Shown: positions 24,506 to 38,714 of the stretch, in pieces
How the letters are laid out: every line of letters begins with the position of its first letter
Position numbering within the stretch: position 1 is the first letter of the stretch
NCBI GenBank assembly: GCA_002633005.1
Contig: NMRA01000100.1
Span: forward strand, 660,836 to 724,835
DNA from: Phoronis australis
Lineage: Eukaryota; Animalia; Phoronida
Direction of reading: 5' to 3'
Length of the DNA: 64,000 bases
Notes under the pieces: generated by a model
The model's database searches: none
Told to the model about the DNA's origin: nothing
The model's input: only the letters and a program-made list of their open reading frames with translations
Translations under genes and position numbers: made by a program

Positions 24506-27500
24506 CTGTTTTCTTTTAGTTATATATATGTAGCTATTGAGAGCATGTCGGCTACGTTACAGTAACAAAGAACGCATTCTTTGAGTCATGTGTGACCGTA
24601 TATTGTTGCCACGACCTCTTCTCTGTTTTTTAAATTGCAAGTTATGCAAGACAATACTTGCTTTGTTGATCAAGCAGTTGACTAACTAGTCAAGCCACCT
24701 GTATATGAAAATGTGTTGACATCAGTAGGTAGGTAATGAGTGCAGAGTACTTAATGCCATCATCATTGGATCTCTGAAGTTCATAATTACATGTCAGCGG
24801 CTGATTGTTAAACCGGTTTCCGCTTATAAGAGCCTTAATGCATGCATGAAAATTGGTCTAAAAATCATTTCACGATCATGTAGCTTTTACAGTCCGCCTT
24901 CTGAGTCACTTTATTTAATCAATTGCTTGATCTTTCGATGTGCTTATCCCTTATGAGATTTACTTAGTCAAGTAAGGTGTCATGAGAGTTCATCTGATTT
25001 TCCTTGTGCACATTTTCCATGTGTTGCTGCAAAAACTTTGAATGACCTTTGACCAGTTTTGAAAAAGGAATTGCCATAATTAAGATTGCCTTACTGTCTT
25101 ACTGCTTTAGCAAATTTCTAGCAGACTATGGCAAGAATAGTGATCTGTGATAGAATCACAAAAAGCAACCGACTTTGTTGTTTTGTAACTCAACCTAATA
25201 GCAGACTATCAGGTCAGACAGTAATCCCAAAAGTACATTTTCCAGTGGTAAAAGCGATAATGTCCCTTTAAATAATTTAGCAATACAACCTTTGATTGGC
25301 AATTGTTACACTAAAGCATGGGCAAAGTTAATTGAGTGTCACCGTCTTGTAATTCTCTCTTCAGTTTTGCAGAAAACTTCTTTGAGATTGAAATTTTCCT
25401 TTTTTCATGAATTTGCTTATCATTGTCACTGATATAAGGTCATGCCATTATAGATTTTTCTAATCGGGGGGGGGGGGNNNNNNNNNNNNNNNNNGAGTAA
25501 TTAGATCAACAATTTTGATAAGATATAGACTGAAAAATGTGATGATGGTTTACATGTTGAGACCACTTAATGAAGTGCTGAGCTTGGGTGCTGAGCATGG
25601 TTGCTGCGCATGGTGGGCCACAGTGATGAAAAAGCTTGGTTGGAACAATGTCTTAAATGTAATGATTCCTTATCTTCTAATTATTGGACTTGAATTGGTT
25701 GTGATCAGTGGAATGTTACATGTCTTCATGAGTGCAATGTACATTCAGCATCCATTCAAGATGAAGCTTTGTAGGGAATTGTGTCTTATTAATATACTGA
25801 GGCATAGCCAATAAAGCAGGTCTATCCCACAGGTTACCCCCAATGGATCTTGAAAACCTCCAAGGCCTTGCATTGCTCAATATTAATGTAAGACAATTCA
25901 CTATTAGCTTCATAAAAGCATTAGTTTTTGTAGTCTGATATTCTGAGAGCCTTTTCGATTAAAAGTCTGTCAACACAAATGGCAAAGCCAACTAAGGTTT
26001 CCCATTGGCTTTGGCATGTTAAAGCGGCATTAACAAAAGCCTTCCATCACAAGAAAGAACAACTTCTGATTTAGATCATTTATCCTTATAAAATTGGTTT
26101 CAAATTGGTCCTTAGTCCAATTGGAGATAATTGCAGGCTTCAAAAGAACTGTCAGTTCATTATTGCTTTACAAGTTGGCTTGTCAGACTGCAAACTCATT
26201 TTATGCACAGAGTACAGTTCTCTAGGAAAAATGAACTGTCAGCTCTTTGAAAACCCAGAAATCCCTTTCAACTGAGTAGAGTTAGGAACAAGTTGAAATC
26301 AATGCTATTGCATTAACTGGTCCAAATCTAAAGTTCACGTCTTTACATCTGCTTTAACCAACATTGGAACTATTTTCTAGTGATGTTGTGATATACTTAG
26401 CCAGTCCTTCAGTTGCCAAGGTGACTAAAATTGTGTTGGACAAGTACAAATTAACTGACTGTCAAGTTCACTGAGCATTGAGTGAATTTTCAAGCAGTAA
26501 TAGTCACTTTTATTAGATTGATTTTTCCCCTTACCTAACTGAGCCTCTTCTCTGTGGAGTTCAAATATATAAAATCTCTCCTAACTGATATTTTATGCGG
26601 AATTTAAAGTAGGTCTTTGATCGTTTTTCGTTTGTCCAAGAGTAAAGAACTGTATGATGCACTGCACCACAGCTGATCTGGTAGACTTTATTGAGAAGAG
26701 TTTTACTACTCTCTGAGCGAAATCGGAAATTTGCTGTGGAAATGGAAGTAAAAGAATTTTGATAGTTCTTAGACACCCACTTAAACCCCATATTTAGTCA
26801 CTATTGCCTCCCACAAAATCCTCATAAAGTTTTTGAGAGCAAACAAAATTCTCTCAAAATCCCTGTCCTCTTCAGTATCAAAACTAGCAGCTATTATCAT
26901 TGCCTTCAAGGCTTGTTCCTTGTTCTTGCAGTAATATAAGATGGTGTGAAAAGTCAAGTTCACATATCACCATGGTGGATTTTTGAGTGATTAAATTGAT
27001 TTTTTTTGTGTAATAGCATCATTGTTGGGAAAACTGAAATAGACATAAACATGAAAAATAACGAGAAGTTGTTCAAAGAAGGCTTCAAATCTACCTGTTT
27101 ACTGTGAAGTAAAACCAGTACCTTTAAATTGCCATGTAAAACTGAGATTAAGTGGTTCTACTGACTGACTCCACCCTGAGCACTGAAGTGTTGCAGAGTT
27201 GTAGTGAGAAAGGGTCTTCAGATGGTGCAGGACTTGGTCTGAAGACATCTAGTATGGAAGCCAATGGACAATGTTATTGTATGGACAGCGCAGGATGGTG
27301 CAATACACAAGAGAACTTGGGATAATTTTGTTGATCACATATTGTATTTGGTGTAAGACTGGTGTCACATCCAGGTCCTCCACCACTCTAATGGCACCTC
27401 TAGTGTGGTTTCAAAATACCGTAAATGTCTCGAGTTTAGTACACAACATAGTCGAGAAGTCAAATTTCATTTTCTCTTTTTTCAATGAAAGATATGAAGC

Positions 27501-27560
27501 ATCAAAATAAATGTTTTTCCACTTTTACCTCTTGCACCACAGCTGTTGCCATACATTGTT

Positions 27561-27735
27561 TTGAAAATTGTGGCCATTCACAGAAATGTTAGAAGACCTT
27601 GAAAATTGTGGCCATTCACAGAAATGTTAGAAGACCTTGAAAATTGTGGCCATTCACAGAAATGTTAGAAGACCTTGAAAATTGTGGCCATTCACAGAAA
27701 TGTTAGAAGACCTTGAAAATTGAAAAGTGGCCATT
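27561..27735 (+). repeat. 38-bp tandem repeat (TTGAAAATTGTGGCCATTCACAGAAATGTTAGAAGACC), ~4.3 copies
   Basis: Identical units start at 27561, 27599, 27637 and 27675. Confidence 0.95.
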
Positions 27736-28910
27736 TTTTCATGATTTTTGTTCAAGATTGGTTAGATTTACTTTATGTAAATTAATAGCGGGTTCCAATA
27801 ACGGGGAAAGCTCTCAAGTCCGGTTGCAATAGCCTGCCCAACAGGACACAAGTGAAACAGTTGGCAAAATTTTTACATAAAATTTCTGTCACAGTTTAGT
27901 TGCAGGCTCATCTTATTTCTATCATTCATTCATCCATCTTAGTTCCATCATTTGTTCATTCACCTTTATATCGTGTTGTACATTGCAGGTAGTTAATGCT
28001 GTGTACAAATATACCCTCTCTATGAGGGTGTAAAATACACAGTGGGACTTGTCAATATTGAGCTTTTATTTACATACACCTAACTTCTTTGAAGTATTCT
28101 CAATTGCTAAAACAGATAATGCTTGTTAAATGTTTTAAAATACTTACTGTTGTGGAGTTGTGAAAACAAATTGTGTTTTTGGGAAATAAAATTTTGAAGT
28201 ATCAATTATCCTCTGTGGTATTAAAGTAAAGGTACGATCCTATGAACAGTATTTGAACTCTGGTGAATGTTGAAACTCCTCTTGCTAGCCAAATTCTGTG
28301 GCCATATTGTAATGAAAAACAATTCTGCAAAAATATAATGCAAACATACATGAGGATACAGTCCTACAATAAGTTGAAATAACTACACTGGTTTATTCAA
28401 CCTGCTTTGAAATTCGGGTTATATGACTAAGAATTAGAATCGTAATTTCACTGCTCTAACCCTTTGTGTCGTCTCTTCACTGGTACTCACTAAATGCACA
28501 ATGAAATACTGAATGAACAACAGTTAGAAGAAGGGTTTAGTACTCCAATCACTGTACAGATATGTTTTGCTCTCATATTAATTCAAAATTGATGAAAACT
28601 AGGATGAAAACTTGTTTGATATATGTGAGATTAATGTTTTTAAACAAATAACTCGACCTAGATTAGCCAACGAATGACTCATTGTTATGGTAAACAACAT
28701 TCCGAGGTGACCTGAAGAAAAACACCTTCAAGCAGTAGAAGTGGGTACAAGTGAAAACCTTAATATTTTATGAACATTTTGTTTACGAAATTGAATTTGA
28801 AGTGTAGGATAGTTCATTGTAAGTGTACTTCGTCAGTGAGGCATTGTATCACTTCAGAGGCATTCTTCTTCTTGTATGCAACAAGTATGTGGGGAATTTC
28901 TTGCTTACAC

Positions 28911-29500
28911 TCAAGGTAACTAAACTAAACAGTTAACGGACTCAAAAACACAGTCACGGACGCTGCGTGAACACGACTTACGCACCTCCAAACACCATTC
29001 ATTCACTCACAAACACCGGATCAGACTCATGAAACACGATCCATTCACACAAATACACAGGACACGGACTCACATTCACAAAGAAACACGGTTTACTGAC
29101 TGCGAAACACGGTTTGCGGACAAAATGTAGATGTCAACTTCGACAGCTTACTTACCTGAGAAACAGCCTCGTCCGCAAGCCTCAAGAGAGCGCTAATCGC
29201 TAAACCAATCATCGCCATCTTGAGGCTTGGAGACGAGGCTGACCCAGGAAGCCGATGAGTGAGTCCGTGACTCGTGTTTATGGCATGCTTTGTCGGAGTG
29301 AACAGTGTTTGGCGGTCCGTTAACTGTGTTTCTTGGTGAATGTGAGTCCGTGTCCCGTGTATTGGGTGAATGGATCGTGTTTTGTGAATCCGATCCTGTA
29401 TTTGCGAGTCAGTGAACGGTGTTCGGAAGTGCGTGAGTCGTGTTCATGCGTTCGTGACGGTGTTTTATGAGTCCATCAACTGTGTATATTAGGTACCTGA
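28911..29500. mobile_element. Foldback/MITE with ~210-bp inverted arms and a nested 78-bp hairpin element (29164-29241)
   Basis: The left arm 28911-29125 is the reverse complement of 29285-29500 (e.g. GACACGGACTCACATTCAC / GTGAATGTGAGTCCGTGTC). The centre reads CAGCCTCGTC..CAAGCCTCAAGA / TCTTGAGGCTTG..GACGAGGCTG. Confidence 0.85.
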
Positions 29501-32500
29501 GTCCCATTTAGACATCAAGTTTTGGCCCGGCGCAACTGAAACGGAGCAAATTGACCCGTGTCAAGCAGCCGTTTACACACACAACTCACTAACCGTGGAA
29601 AGACGGAAATTGCAGGCTGGAGAGACTGGATCGCACATGCGCAGCTTTACATATGACGAGAGTTGCAGGGACAAAGAACCCATACGTAGGTCATTAGGCA
29701 AGCGTAGTAGAGATGATCCTTTCCACCTTGCCCCAGTTTCGGGTTTAGACATATAATTGACACGGAGCAAGATGTTCCGGCGCAAATTGCTCTACCTCAC
29801 AAACTGGTGGCACTCTTGACACTGGTCACTGCTCTGATTCTCTAAGTCCCAAACACTTTATGATGCCTATCCAGCACGCCCTTTGTGTTGATGTAGATCT
29901 GAGCTTATGAAGTGGAAAGGTAATAGCTAGCACTACTTCCTTAACAATGGTGGTCTTTATTACACCCAAATTGTTTTTCTCTGGCATTTGCACAGAGCTA
30001 AAGCCTGCAATGTGGAGAGTGGTTTTAATGTGGTACATTTTAAATTTTACAAAAGACCTTTAAAAAAGTTAATTGGCATAGATCTTGACAATGGGCCACT
30101 TCCCAAAGAAACAGTGGTTTTAAAGACCCTACATAACGGCCAAATGACTTTTGAACATGTTAAATATCTGTATCATTGATCGAAACAAACATATCATCCC
30201 TCCCTTTACCCTGGCATTAGCTAATTACGCCAATTACTATCGTACGATCCCATCATGAACCCCATTTAGCGCCGAAAAAAAACTTTAGGTGGCGCTCGTT
30301 CTAATCGACGCAAATGACGTCATCGTTGATACCCAATACCTATCGAACAGTCCGTTGCCACAGGAAGCTTACCTTACGGTGTCTGGTGCATATTTCAAGT
30401 CACAGATTTTCAAAATTACAACTGTTAGAGACAACCAAGCTCAAATACTATACGACACTTATCTCGACACTTCCACGTGCATATAATATCCTACAACTCA
30501 CTGTCCCTTGATAGTTTAGCTTCGCCAAAGACAGTAGCGCGTTCTCGGTGGGGACCACTTACTCAGTCTAACATCAAATACTTATTCACAAAGACGTCCG
30601 GGTTTAACGAACAGATTTAACAAACAGGGTCCCTGCGTGCATTGGGGGACAGGTTTGCAATGAATGGAGATTTGTCGGACCCACGGCGACATCCTGGCGG
30701 AATGCGTGTACCGGAGAATTAAATTTGTTTGTAGTCGCTCCGTGATAATTACGGGATTATGTCGGGGAGTAAGTCGGCGTTACACATCTTAACGAAGCGA
30801 AAAGCTCACTCGCAGCACGATGAAAAAGAATGACCCGAGACTTTTCGCACTTGGGTTAGAAAAGTAAAGGCCTAATACCTTGCAATGGACGGACGTTCAA
30901 TGAAAAGTACTGCGAAATGGAAGATTAAGAAAATGTAGGAACAACGTTTGGATGGATTAGCGCCGTGTATGTTCAAGCCAGAGGAATACGAGTAAAGTGA
31001 AACAGAAGGGGAAACTTACCGGCCAATTGTCACGGAACTCGCTACGGACCGTCATTTGAAGACAAAGGCATTTTACACAAGGCATACGAAACTTAACCCG
31101 TAACCGACGCAGCTATCTGCACGCCGATTAGTGAGACCTGCAGGAAAATCTAAGTGCGGTTGAGGTGGAAACAAAATATTGAGCACAAAGGACAAAGTTA
31201 GCGCTGCGAATAGGTTGTCATATTTAAACTAGTGTTCGATTTGAAAGACCAATTGCACAAGGCATTTTATACTTTGAAGTCAGGGAAATACGCCGTTCCC
31301 GTCATAGCACAACCCATCGACATGCTGACTGCACACTTTTTTCAGTGCGTGCCTCCAAAGTGTACCCAAAGCCGTATTGCCTGACGTTCACGTGCGGGGT
31401 TTATAAGTGCACCCTTTCCCGGCCGATGTTAGATTTCAAAGAATGTGCCACAAAACTCAAGTTGAATCAGCGCTCATCTTATGGTCACGTGCATTCGAGT
31501 ATATGCAACACCCAAGCACTTAATCGAGCCAAGCCAGTGCAATATTTTATTTAGAACGGCCGCCGTACTCTTTTGATGTGCGACTTGGGAGGTGTGCACC
31601 TCTACGTTCTCACCGCTGGAGTACGTGATACATTGGCTGCAACACGTGAGTGACAGATGACTCATATATATGTCGCGCGTGCTGTCCCAGAAAAGAGGGC
31701 TTGAGAATTTGTTGTCGACTTACTTTCATTCTGATGCAAGACAAGTTGTGACCGTCGTTTGGCAAGTAACAGCCAAGGGTTGTCATCTTTACGTTTGTTT
31801 TTTGCGATAAAAAAGAGACGTAGGCTACATTCACCCACACCGTTAATTGACGACATTTCTGAGCCACGATCGCATAAAATGGTACCGACCATGTCGCGGT
31901 GATTTATTGCCGAGGATATTGTTAGTGGATAATCAAGACATCTTACGTGAAAAATAAGTATTTTTTCCACCACAGAGTTCGGTAAGTTTGCCGTTGTCAG
32001 ATTCAGTACGAAACGTAGCTGTTGTAGGACCTTTTACGTGGGTGCAAATACTTCGAAAATTGGTTCGTCGTGGGTCGTGAGTGAATCGATGGCAGACCCT
32101 ATCCGAGATCTACGCCGCTGTTCGGTTCGAAGGGTGCTTTGCCTGACACCATTGTTTTGCTTAGTAATATTGCATTATCAGTCGACATTGATGCCTAACG
32201 TCGGCGATGTTTCTAATTGGTGACGTTCCTTGAGCAAAACTACTTTGTTTTTTACTGTCCCAGCAGCCGATCAGGTGCTCACTACAGGTTGTGGTTAGCG
32301 CGGTAATGTGTTGCTCGTTCTCAACGATGATGTCAATAGGCCAGTCTACTGTGATTCGTCGAGAGAATAAAAGGGGTTTCTGATGGGGGCACATAATATG
32401 GGGGGCACAAAATGCGTAGTAATTAGTTAGTGGTTGTGTGGAATAAAACGAAACAAAGATATGTTGCACAAAAGTACATGTATTTAACATATCTAAAAGG

Positions 32501-35500
32501 CAGTTGGCTCATTTTATAGGGACTTTGTTTTCATTACTTTATTTTAATACTCCTGTCTGCTTGTTTTTTTTCTTACCGCTTAGGGTTGCTATCTTTTTAT
32601 TTTGTGTCTAAACAAAGTATCAAAACAACTTTGAAGTCAGTTAATTGTTAACCCATCCCTGAATTTTCAAGATTACAGCTACACCAAACATGTCACAACA
32701 AACAAAACTACACGTGCCATTAGTTCAGGTTCAATCTTTATTAGAACTCAAATAATGAAATATATACAAAAGTGTATTACCAATCTGAGGGTAACAGAAC
32801 CTTTGTTTGGAAAATACACTGTTACAACATTTTTACCGCCATTTGGCGACACACTGGAAAATCTTATCACCATTTCTACATTTGCGTTCGCCAAAAACGT
32901 TGATCTGAAAAATTACTTTTTGAGCCCTAACTAGGGTAGTAAAGCAGCTCACGGATTCAGATTACCTGAATAGAATTCATTTGGCGTGTGTTTTTATTAG
33001 AACAAAAATTTCTTTTTAACCTATCCACAAGGTGTGTCCGGATTATTTGTTCTGACGCAAATATGTGCGCGAACTATTTTTTACCATGGACTCCTACTGT
33101 ACGCACTATTAGAGACAAACGCCATGTTTCAAGAGCCGTGTACAAACTAATAGAGTACGAATTATTACAGAAAACAGCGTACCTAATTTTTATTAAAATT
33201 TATTATAGGCAGGCATATTTAATGGTCCGTTATACTGACCACTGCCAGTGAGTTGCTATTAGCTGAGGTTGACAAATTGTTGGAGCTTGACAGGTATCTG
33301 TGGATGATCACTGTATAATTCTTCACTTGTCAGATTGTGTACATGCTTAAATTAAAAGTACACAACATCTTTAAATTAAATCAACCCAACACTTCATTTT
33401 CCTACTGCGACAACAGAAGCAGTTTCTATTTGTACTTGCCAAGTCTGGCAATTTGCGCCTTACGTAGTTTCCTCTTGATTTTCGGTGACCAGGTATGAGT
33501 GAAAATTATAGTTTTCAAGGGCCGATGTTTCGAATATGACAATTCAGCCAGAGCTACCCTGCATTTGCTGCCTGCTTCAACCACTGAAACATAATGTTGA
33601 ATTGTTATGGGATTGATAACTCTTTTCCTTTTAATATTTATGTCAGATTTTCCCTCCAGCAATATTAAGGGGATCGAGTGAGATTTAATCAGTCTCGTTA
33701 TTTTTGGAGTTATGTTGATATTGATTAGATTGAAATATTTGTATTTCCAGAGGTGGGATAAAAAATGTTCCCAAATGTTGGTTTTGCATTTTTAACAAGA
33801 ATTCATGTATTCATGTAAGAATGTGTAGCTTTAACTATGAAAGATGACTTTTATACGCACATCATTTGGTTTGTGCGTCTATATGCAGCTAAAATGGTTT
33901 GTAACCAAATAGTACAATCAATCAATCAATCAAAAACCATTTATTTTAGGGTCCTGTAGCAATTGCTATCCAGCCACAACTTAGGCTTATAAGTCACCAA
34001 TTGCAAAGAGAATGTACAAAAATAGACAACGCGTACATGTATACGACAAAAAGAAATCAGACCAACCTTCTCAATCATTATTAATTAAATAGTAGATACC
34101 AACTTTTTTCGCCTGAGAAGTGCATTATAAATAAAACTGATAACTAATTTACTCTGAGATCAATGTAGGGATAGAAGGAGCAAAGGAAATGGAATTTGAC
34201 ACCAACGATGGGGGTCCTGAAGAAGTTTTCTGCATGGCCTTTGACTAGGAGTATGTACAGTTGTGGCACCCACTTTGTCAGTCATAACCTTGTCTCTTTC
34301 TGGGAATACGGGCATTGTTTGGTTGTTGGTATTAGTGTTTTGCAGACTGTAAAATGTAAGGCCAGTGGACTTCTTCTTTGCACAACATTGTGATTCGCCC
34401 TAATAATATAAAAATACATACCTAAAGAAAATTTGGGCAAAACAAGAAAATGTTTGGGCTATGAAGCATTCAACGGAAAAAGGGAATTGGGGGATTTAGT
34501 GGCAACTGTGGAGGGGAGGAAATTCTCGCCTAAATTTCGGTTATTTCAATGTCAATGACCTTCCTTCTATGTTTCAACACATATTTTGTAAACTAGGAAC
34601 CCCCTCTCGACTAGAAGGGAGATTACACCCATGAGATTTTGGTTATATTCTGTTTTAATAAAAATATATAGCACCAAATTGATGCTTCATATTTTTAAAC
34701 TCTACATCATAGCTGGCATTAGTAGTTTGATCATTCAGTTGACACCTGCTGTTTAGCTTTATCAGGCACCATGAGAGCTGTCACTCACGAAGATGGCTAG
34801 AGGTATGGCCAACTGAAATATGCCCATGCAAATAGGCTAGAGGACTATAAAGACTGGTGTAAATATACCCAATATGTTTTAGATATGATAATGTTCTTCG
34901 TTCACCTGTAACCACTATCTAGCAGCTGAGTGACAAAATTATTGATTCCTGTCTCATTGTTTCGGACATTGCTCAACATCATCAATGTTCTTCATCAAGG
35001 GTGGTGAACCTGCGGAAAATGGACACATCTCGTTATTTGCCAAGAGAGATGAAATCCCTTCAATGAATTGATTTTCTATTAGACCGTTGAGATTATATAG
35101 CAAAGACGCTCTGCTGTTAATATCTTTAGTAAGTGCTTGCTTCTGGTTCTGGAAGGTACAGTTCCCTATCTTTGATTGCAAAAATACTTAAGGATACCTA
35201 TCCTTTTAGACCGTGGTACTATTTAACAGAGTCTGTTTGTAGTAAATCGATAAAAAGTCCTCTACATGTCAAGTGCCGTCCACTCACAGACTTGCCCTAG
35301 AACAAGTTACTTTAGGAATGAGTTGTCGCTAGGTTTGGGGCAACTCACTCCACATTACCACAGTACCCCAACTAGGGTAACTTGTGACACTTTTTTGTGT
35401 GGCTGCAAATGATTTACAAGGGAAAGTAATTATCAGCTATGTATTTGCGCAGTCACATCCATACAGGTACCGGTATGCGCTTTTCCGCTGTATTCGTATC

Positions 35501-36995
35501 CTTCGCTTAGCATGGCTATGTGGCTTCTGAAAATTAGTTATAGTGATTTATTGAAATATATACATATGGCCATAGGCCCAAATTATAGCTATTACTATGA
35601 AATCCACTGGGCAGTTGACATGTGAGGTGTGTGAATGTATAACTGAAAGAATGGATATTAGGAAAATTGAGTAATTGTGGGCTGACATTAATGGTATGGT
35701 TTGTTAATCCATGTGAGGGTACCCTACTGGTTGGGGGTTAAGCCCCATGCTTAGCTTGCTGCCCACCTTCAAAGTTTGAAAAAAATCACTTTTAAGCACC
35801 CATTCTCAAGTAACTGCCATATAATCCCAATTATGTGGCCGAGACTTCCTTAAAAGCTCTCAATGAAAACTGAACAACTTTGGACATTTTGTGTAATTTG
35901 GGATGTTGAAACGTATCTGGGAAAAATGTTTTGTTATCTTATTTTGTGGGGGTTCAACACAGTTTTAATTATCGCTCATTTTTTCAGAATTTTCGGTATT
36001 TCTTCTTCTTTTCCCACTTACTGCAAATCTTCAAAAATTTGATAGTCACCAAATTAGCATCTCCGTTACAACTGACTTATATATTTTTCTCTAAAACAAT
36101 GATTGCTTTATGGCATTTGGCAAACTGTGTTGAACCCCCTAATAATGAAAGTTCAGTGTCTTGAAACACTTACAAAAAGTGGTGATTGCACACTTTTGCA
36201 CTTTTGAACTGAGAATAATTTTAAAAACCTTGAGTGTTTACAAAACATCCCCTTCTTGTGTGAAAAATGTAATATTTCAAAAAAGAAACAGGCTGATAGA
36301 TGAGATATATGTTTCTAGTACTTTCATGTTCATTTGTGCACATTGTTTCATCTGGTGACGTGATGTCGCACAATGAACAAAGCGCTATTTAGTGCTAGTC
36401 ATCAGAAAAGAGTAGAAAGGATATCTGGAGTTGAGCTCATTTCATCCTGATTTGTCATACAACGAAAATTGTTAGTTGTGGCTTTTATCTAATTATTCAT
36501 CTTTTTTGTCACACAAACAAGGCCAAAACGCTTTATCAAGAAGAATACTAAGTAATTAATATTTCGTATGTAACCCAATTTTGTTAGAAGGAGTAAGTTT
36601 GAGATTGCAATAACCAAACTAGACCCCAATAATTTACAGTTCGTGGTCATCTCATGTTTTAGGAAGATAGTTTCCCATGCCTGAGATTAATAAGTTTCCC
36701 CATAAGTATGTTTTTGGGTCTATAGCTTTAGGATAATCAGGGACTGCTGGCGTGCTTACCATGGTTATGTACTATGTGAAAACTTCTCAAGAAACCTCCT
36801 TTGCTTTTATCTAGTGTCTTGGATAACCACTGCCGTTATGTAACCTGATCTGGCCAGCGGCATGTCTTCAATAGCTGATACTTAGTCACGATACCGTCAT
36901 TATGCGCAGACAGCCTATTGCGGTTTACCTGAACGCGTGCTCGTTAAAGGTGTGCAGCGCGAGCTGGTAGTGAGTTGACAGCATCAGAGACAATC

Positions 36996-37157
36996 ATGTC
37001 TGTGGTACGGAGGCAGCTGTGCCATCTACTGCCTTGCATTGCAGCCAAAGAGGAGAAACATGTACAAGATGTGTCTAGGGACCCTATACCCGTCCAAGTC
37101 TTTCCCGACATATTGAGACAGAAGAACAAGGATACTCTACTGCATGTAGAGTTTAAG
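36996..37157 (+). CDS. PTP gene, first coding exon (MSVVRRQLCHLLPCIAAKEEKHVQDVSRDPIPVQVFPDILRQKNKDTLLHVEFK)
   Basis: In-frame stop upstream (TAA 36945-36947) and a strong phase-0 donor AAG|GTAAGG that matches the phase-0 acceptor at 60268. The PIPV..F...EF pattern is the helix segment that precedes PTP D1 domains. Confidence 0.8.
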
Positions 37158-37167
37158 GTAAGGTGCT

Positions 37168-37405
37168 GACCAGGAGTGTGTTCTGTAGACCAAGGAGTAT
37201 GTTCTGTAGACCAAGGAGTGTGTTCTGTAGACCAAGGAGTGTGTTCTGTAGACCAAGGAGTGTGTTCTGTAGACCAAGGAGTGTGTTCTGTAGACCAAGA
37301 AGTGTGTTCAGTAGACCAAGGAGTGTGTTCTGTAGACCAAGGAGTGTGTTCTGTAGACCAAGGAGTGTGTTCTGTAGACCATGGAGTGTGTTCTGTAGAC
37401 CAAGG
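37168..37405 (+). repeat. 21-bp minisatellite (GACCAAGGAGTGTGTTCTGTA), ~11 copies, at the start of PTP intron 1
   Basis: Direct tandem units; explains four overlapping repetitive ORFs. Confidence 0.97.
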
Positions 37406-38714
37406 GTCTGTTTCACGAGAAGTGTCTTGGGACTTTAGTCCAAAATGAATGGTCTTACAATCCATGCATCTAATTATGAAAAATATTTAAATATCACTGT
37501 AGCCAAGTTCGATGTCTCTGAGACTATACTCATAACTGCTAATTACTGAGATAATTGTGTAGTCATTAAATTGATAACCTTCATTTAGTAATTGTGAAGT
37601 GAGACCGTAACACAAAGTTTTTGACTTTAGTCTCAAGTCAGTTTTCAACACTGGCTCCAAGTTTCTTGCGAGAAATGCAGGTCATGTATATCCATGCAAA
37701 TGTGAGAGAATGAGAAGCGAGCATTAATTATCACTTTATTATAAAGCATAAGCTATCAAAATGGCGGCAAGGTTGTGATGTTTGATTATCCGATAGAATT
37801 TGTGAATTATGCGATAGATTTTTCATGGCTAATGTCTTGGGTCTACGGAACTCGGCCTTGATGTTACCTCTCTAGTTGAGTTTAGGGCAAAACACAGCCG
37901 ATTTTACCTTAACTTGCGTGCCTGGTGAGTTTCCAACGAAAGTTGCACCTATTTACAAGTCTTGTACACCTGGGCTATGTTCTGTGGACGCATGACACTC
38001 ATGAAAAAAGTTAGGGTGATCACGTGCTTTGTTTGAAATGCATGATATCTCGTGAACACCTGTGTGTTTGCCAGTTTCTTGCGTCTACAGAATGCTGCCC
38101 CAATTTTTTGGTAAAAATTTGTTTGATGTTTGCCGTTTACTCTGAATTATGTTTAACCACTAGTTTCTTGTCTTCACCTGCTATTGTATATAATTGTATC
38201 AATGAGATCAAGAATTTCTGTTATGTGAAATGTACCATATAGTGGAAAGCTTTTCTCCCAATGGCTTTGAATAAGTTGTGCAAAATAAGAGAATTGGCCC
38301 TTTATATCCAGAACGCCTATCAGTAGCAAAAACACAATTATGTCATTGAACTTGATCCCTCTCGTAATTAGAAAGCACATCCTCCCATGTTATTTCTGAG
38401 CATTGGCCATTGATTTTTTCAAAGATCAGATCAGTCTTGTGGTCAAGATGTCATGTGAATGTTGTGTTCACACCTGTTACCAGTGGGTTGTGAGTCATAA
38501 GTTAAATAATCAGCAATTTGGATTCTCTTCCTACATTTTTGACATCTGTGTTCGTACTAAGTAATCTGGGTTGTAACTTTTCTACAATCGCAACTATACC
38601 ATTCCATTGAGTTATATAGCTGCTTTAGTCGGTTAGTGGCCAATGCTATAATAGTATCTGTTCTATGGGTTACCATCAAGGTTCTTCAATTAAGAATGCA
38701 ACATGGCGTAACAG

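Noticed and set aside
25500-27130. Possible ancient LINE reverse-transcriptase debris (RLLIEKA-EYQ, ..FDTEEDRDF..LW...YG)
   Set aside because: The hints are fragmentary and fall on conflicting strands, and no YADD-type motif was found; it needs a tblastn search.
30289-30486. Protein-looking 65-aa ORF in the CpG-rich island
   Set aside because: Non-ATG start, stops on both sides, no recognisable motif or splice context.
31662-31973. TILCDRGSEM resembling an integrase/IS30 D-x-G-x-E motif
   Set aside because: Isolated short match; no first Asp region or downstream Glu motif is recognisable and the surrounding frames are closed.
36944-37465. Repetitive ORFs (PWSTEHT)n, (LLGLQNT)n, (RPRSVFC)n, and (TPGSCGQYEHL)n at 16696-16956
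   Set aside because: They are by-products of minisatellites whose unit length is a multiple of 3.
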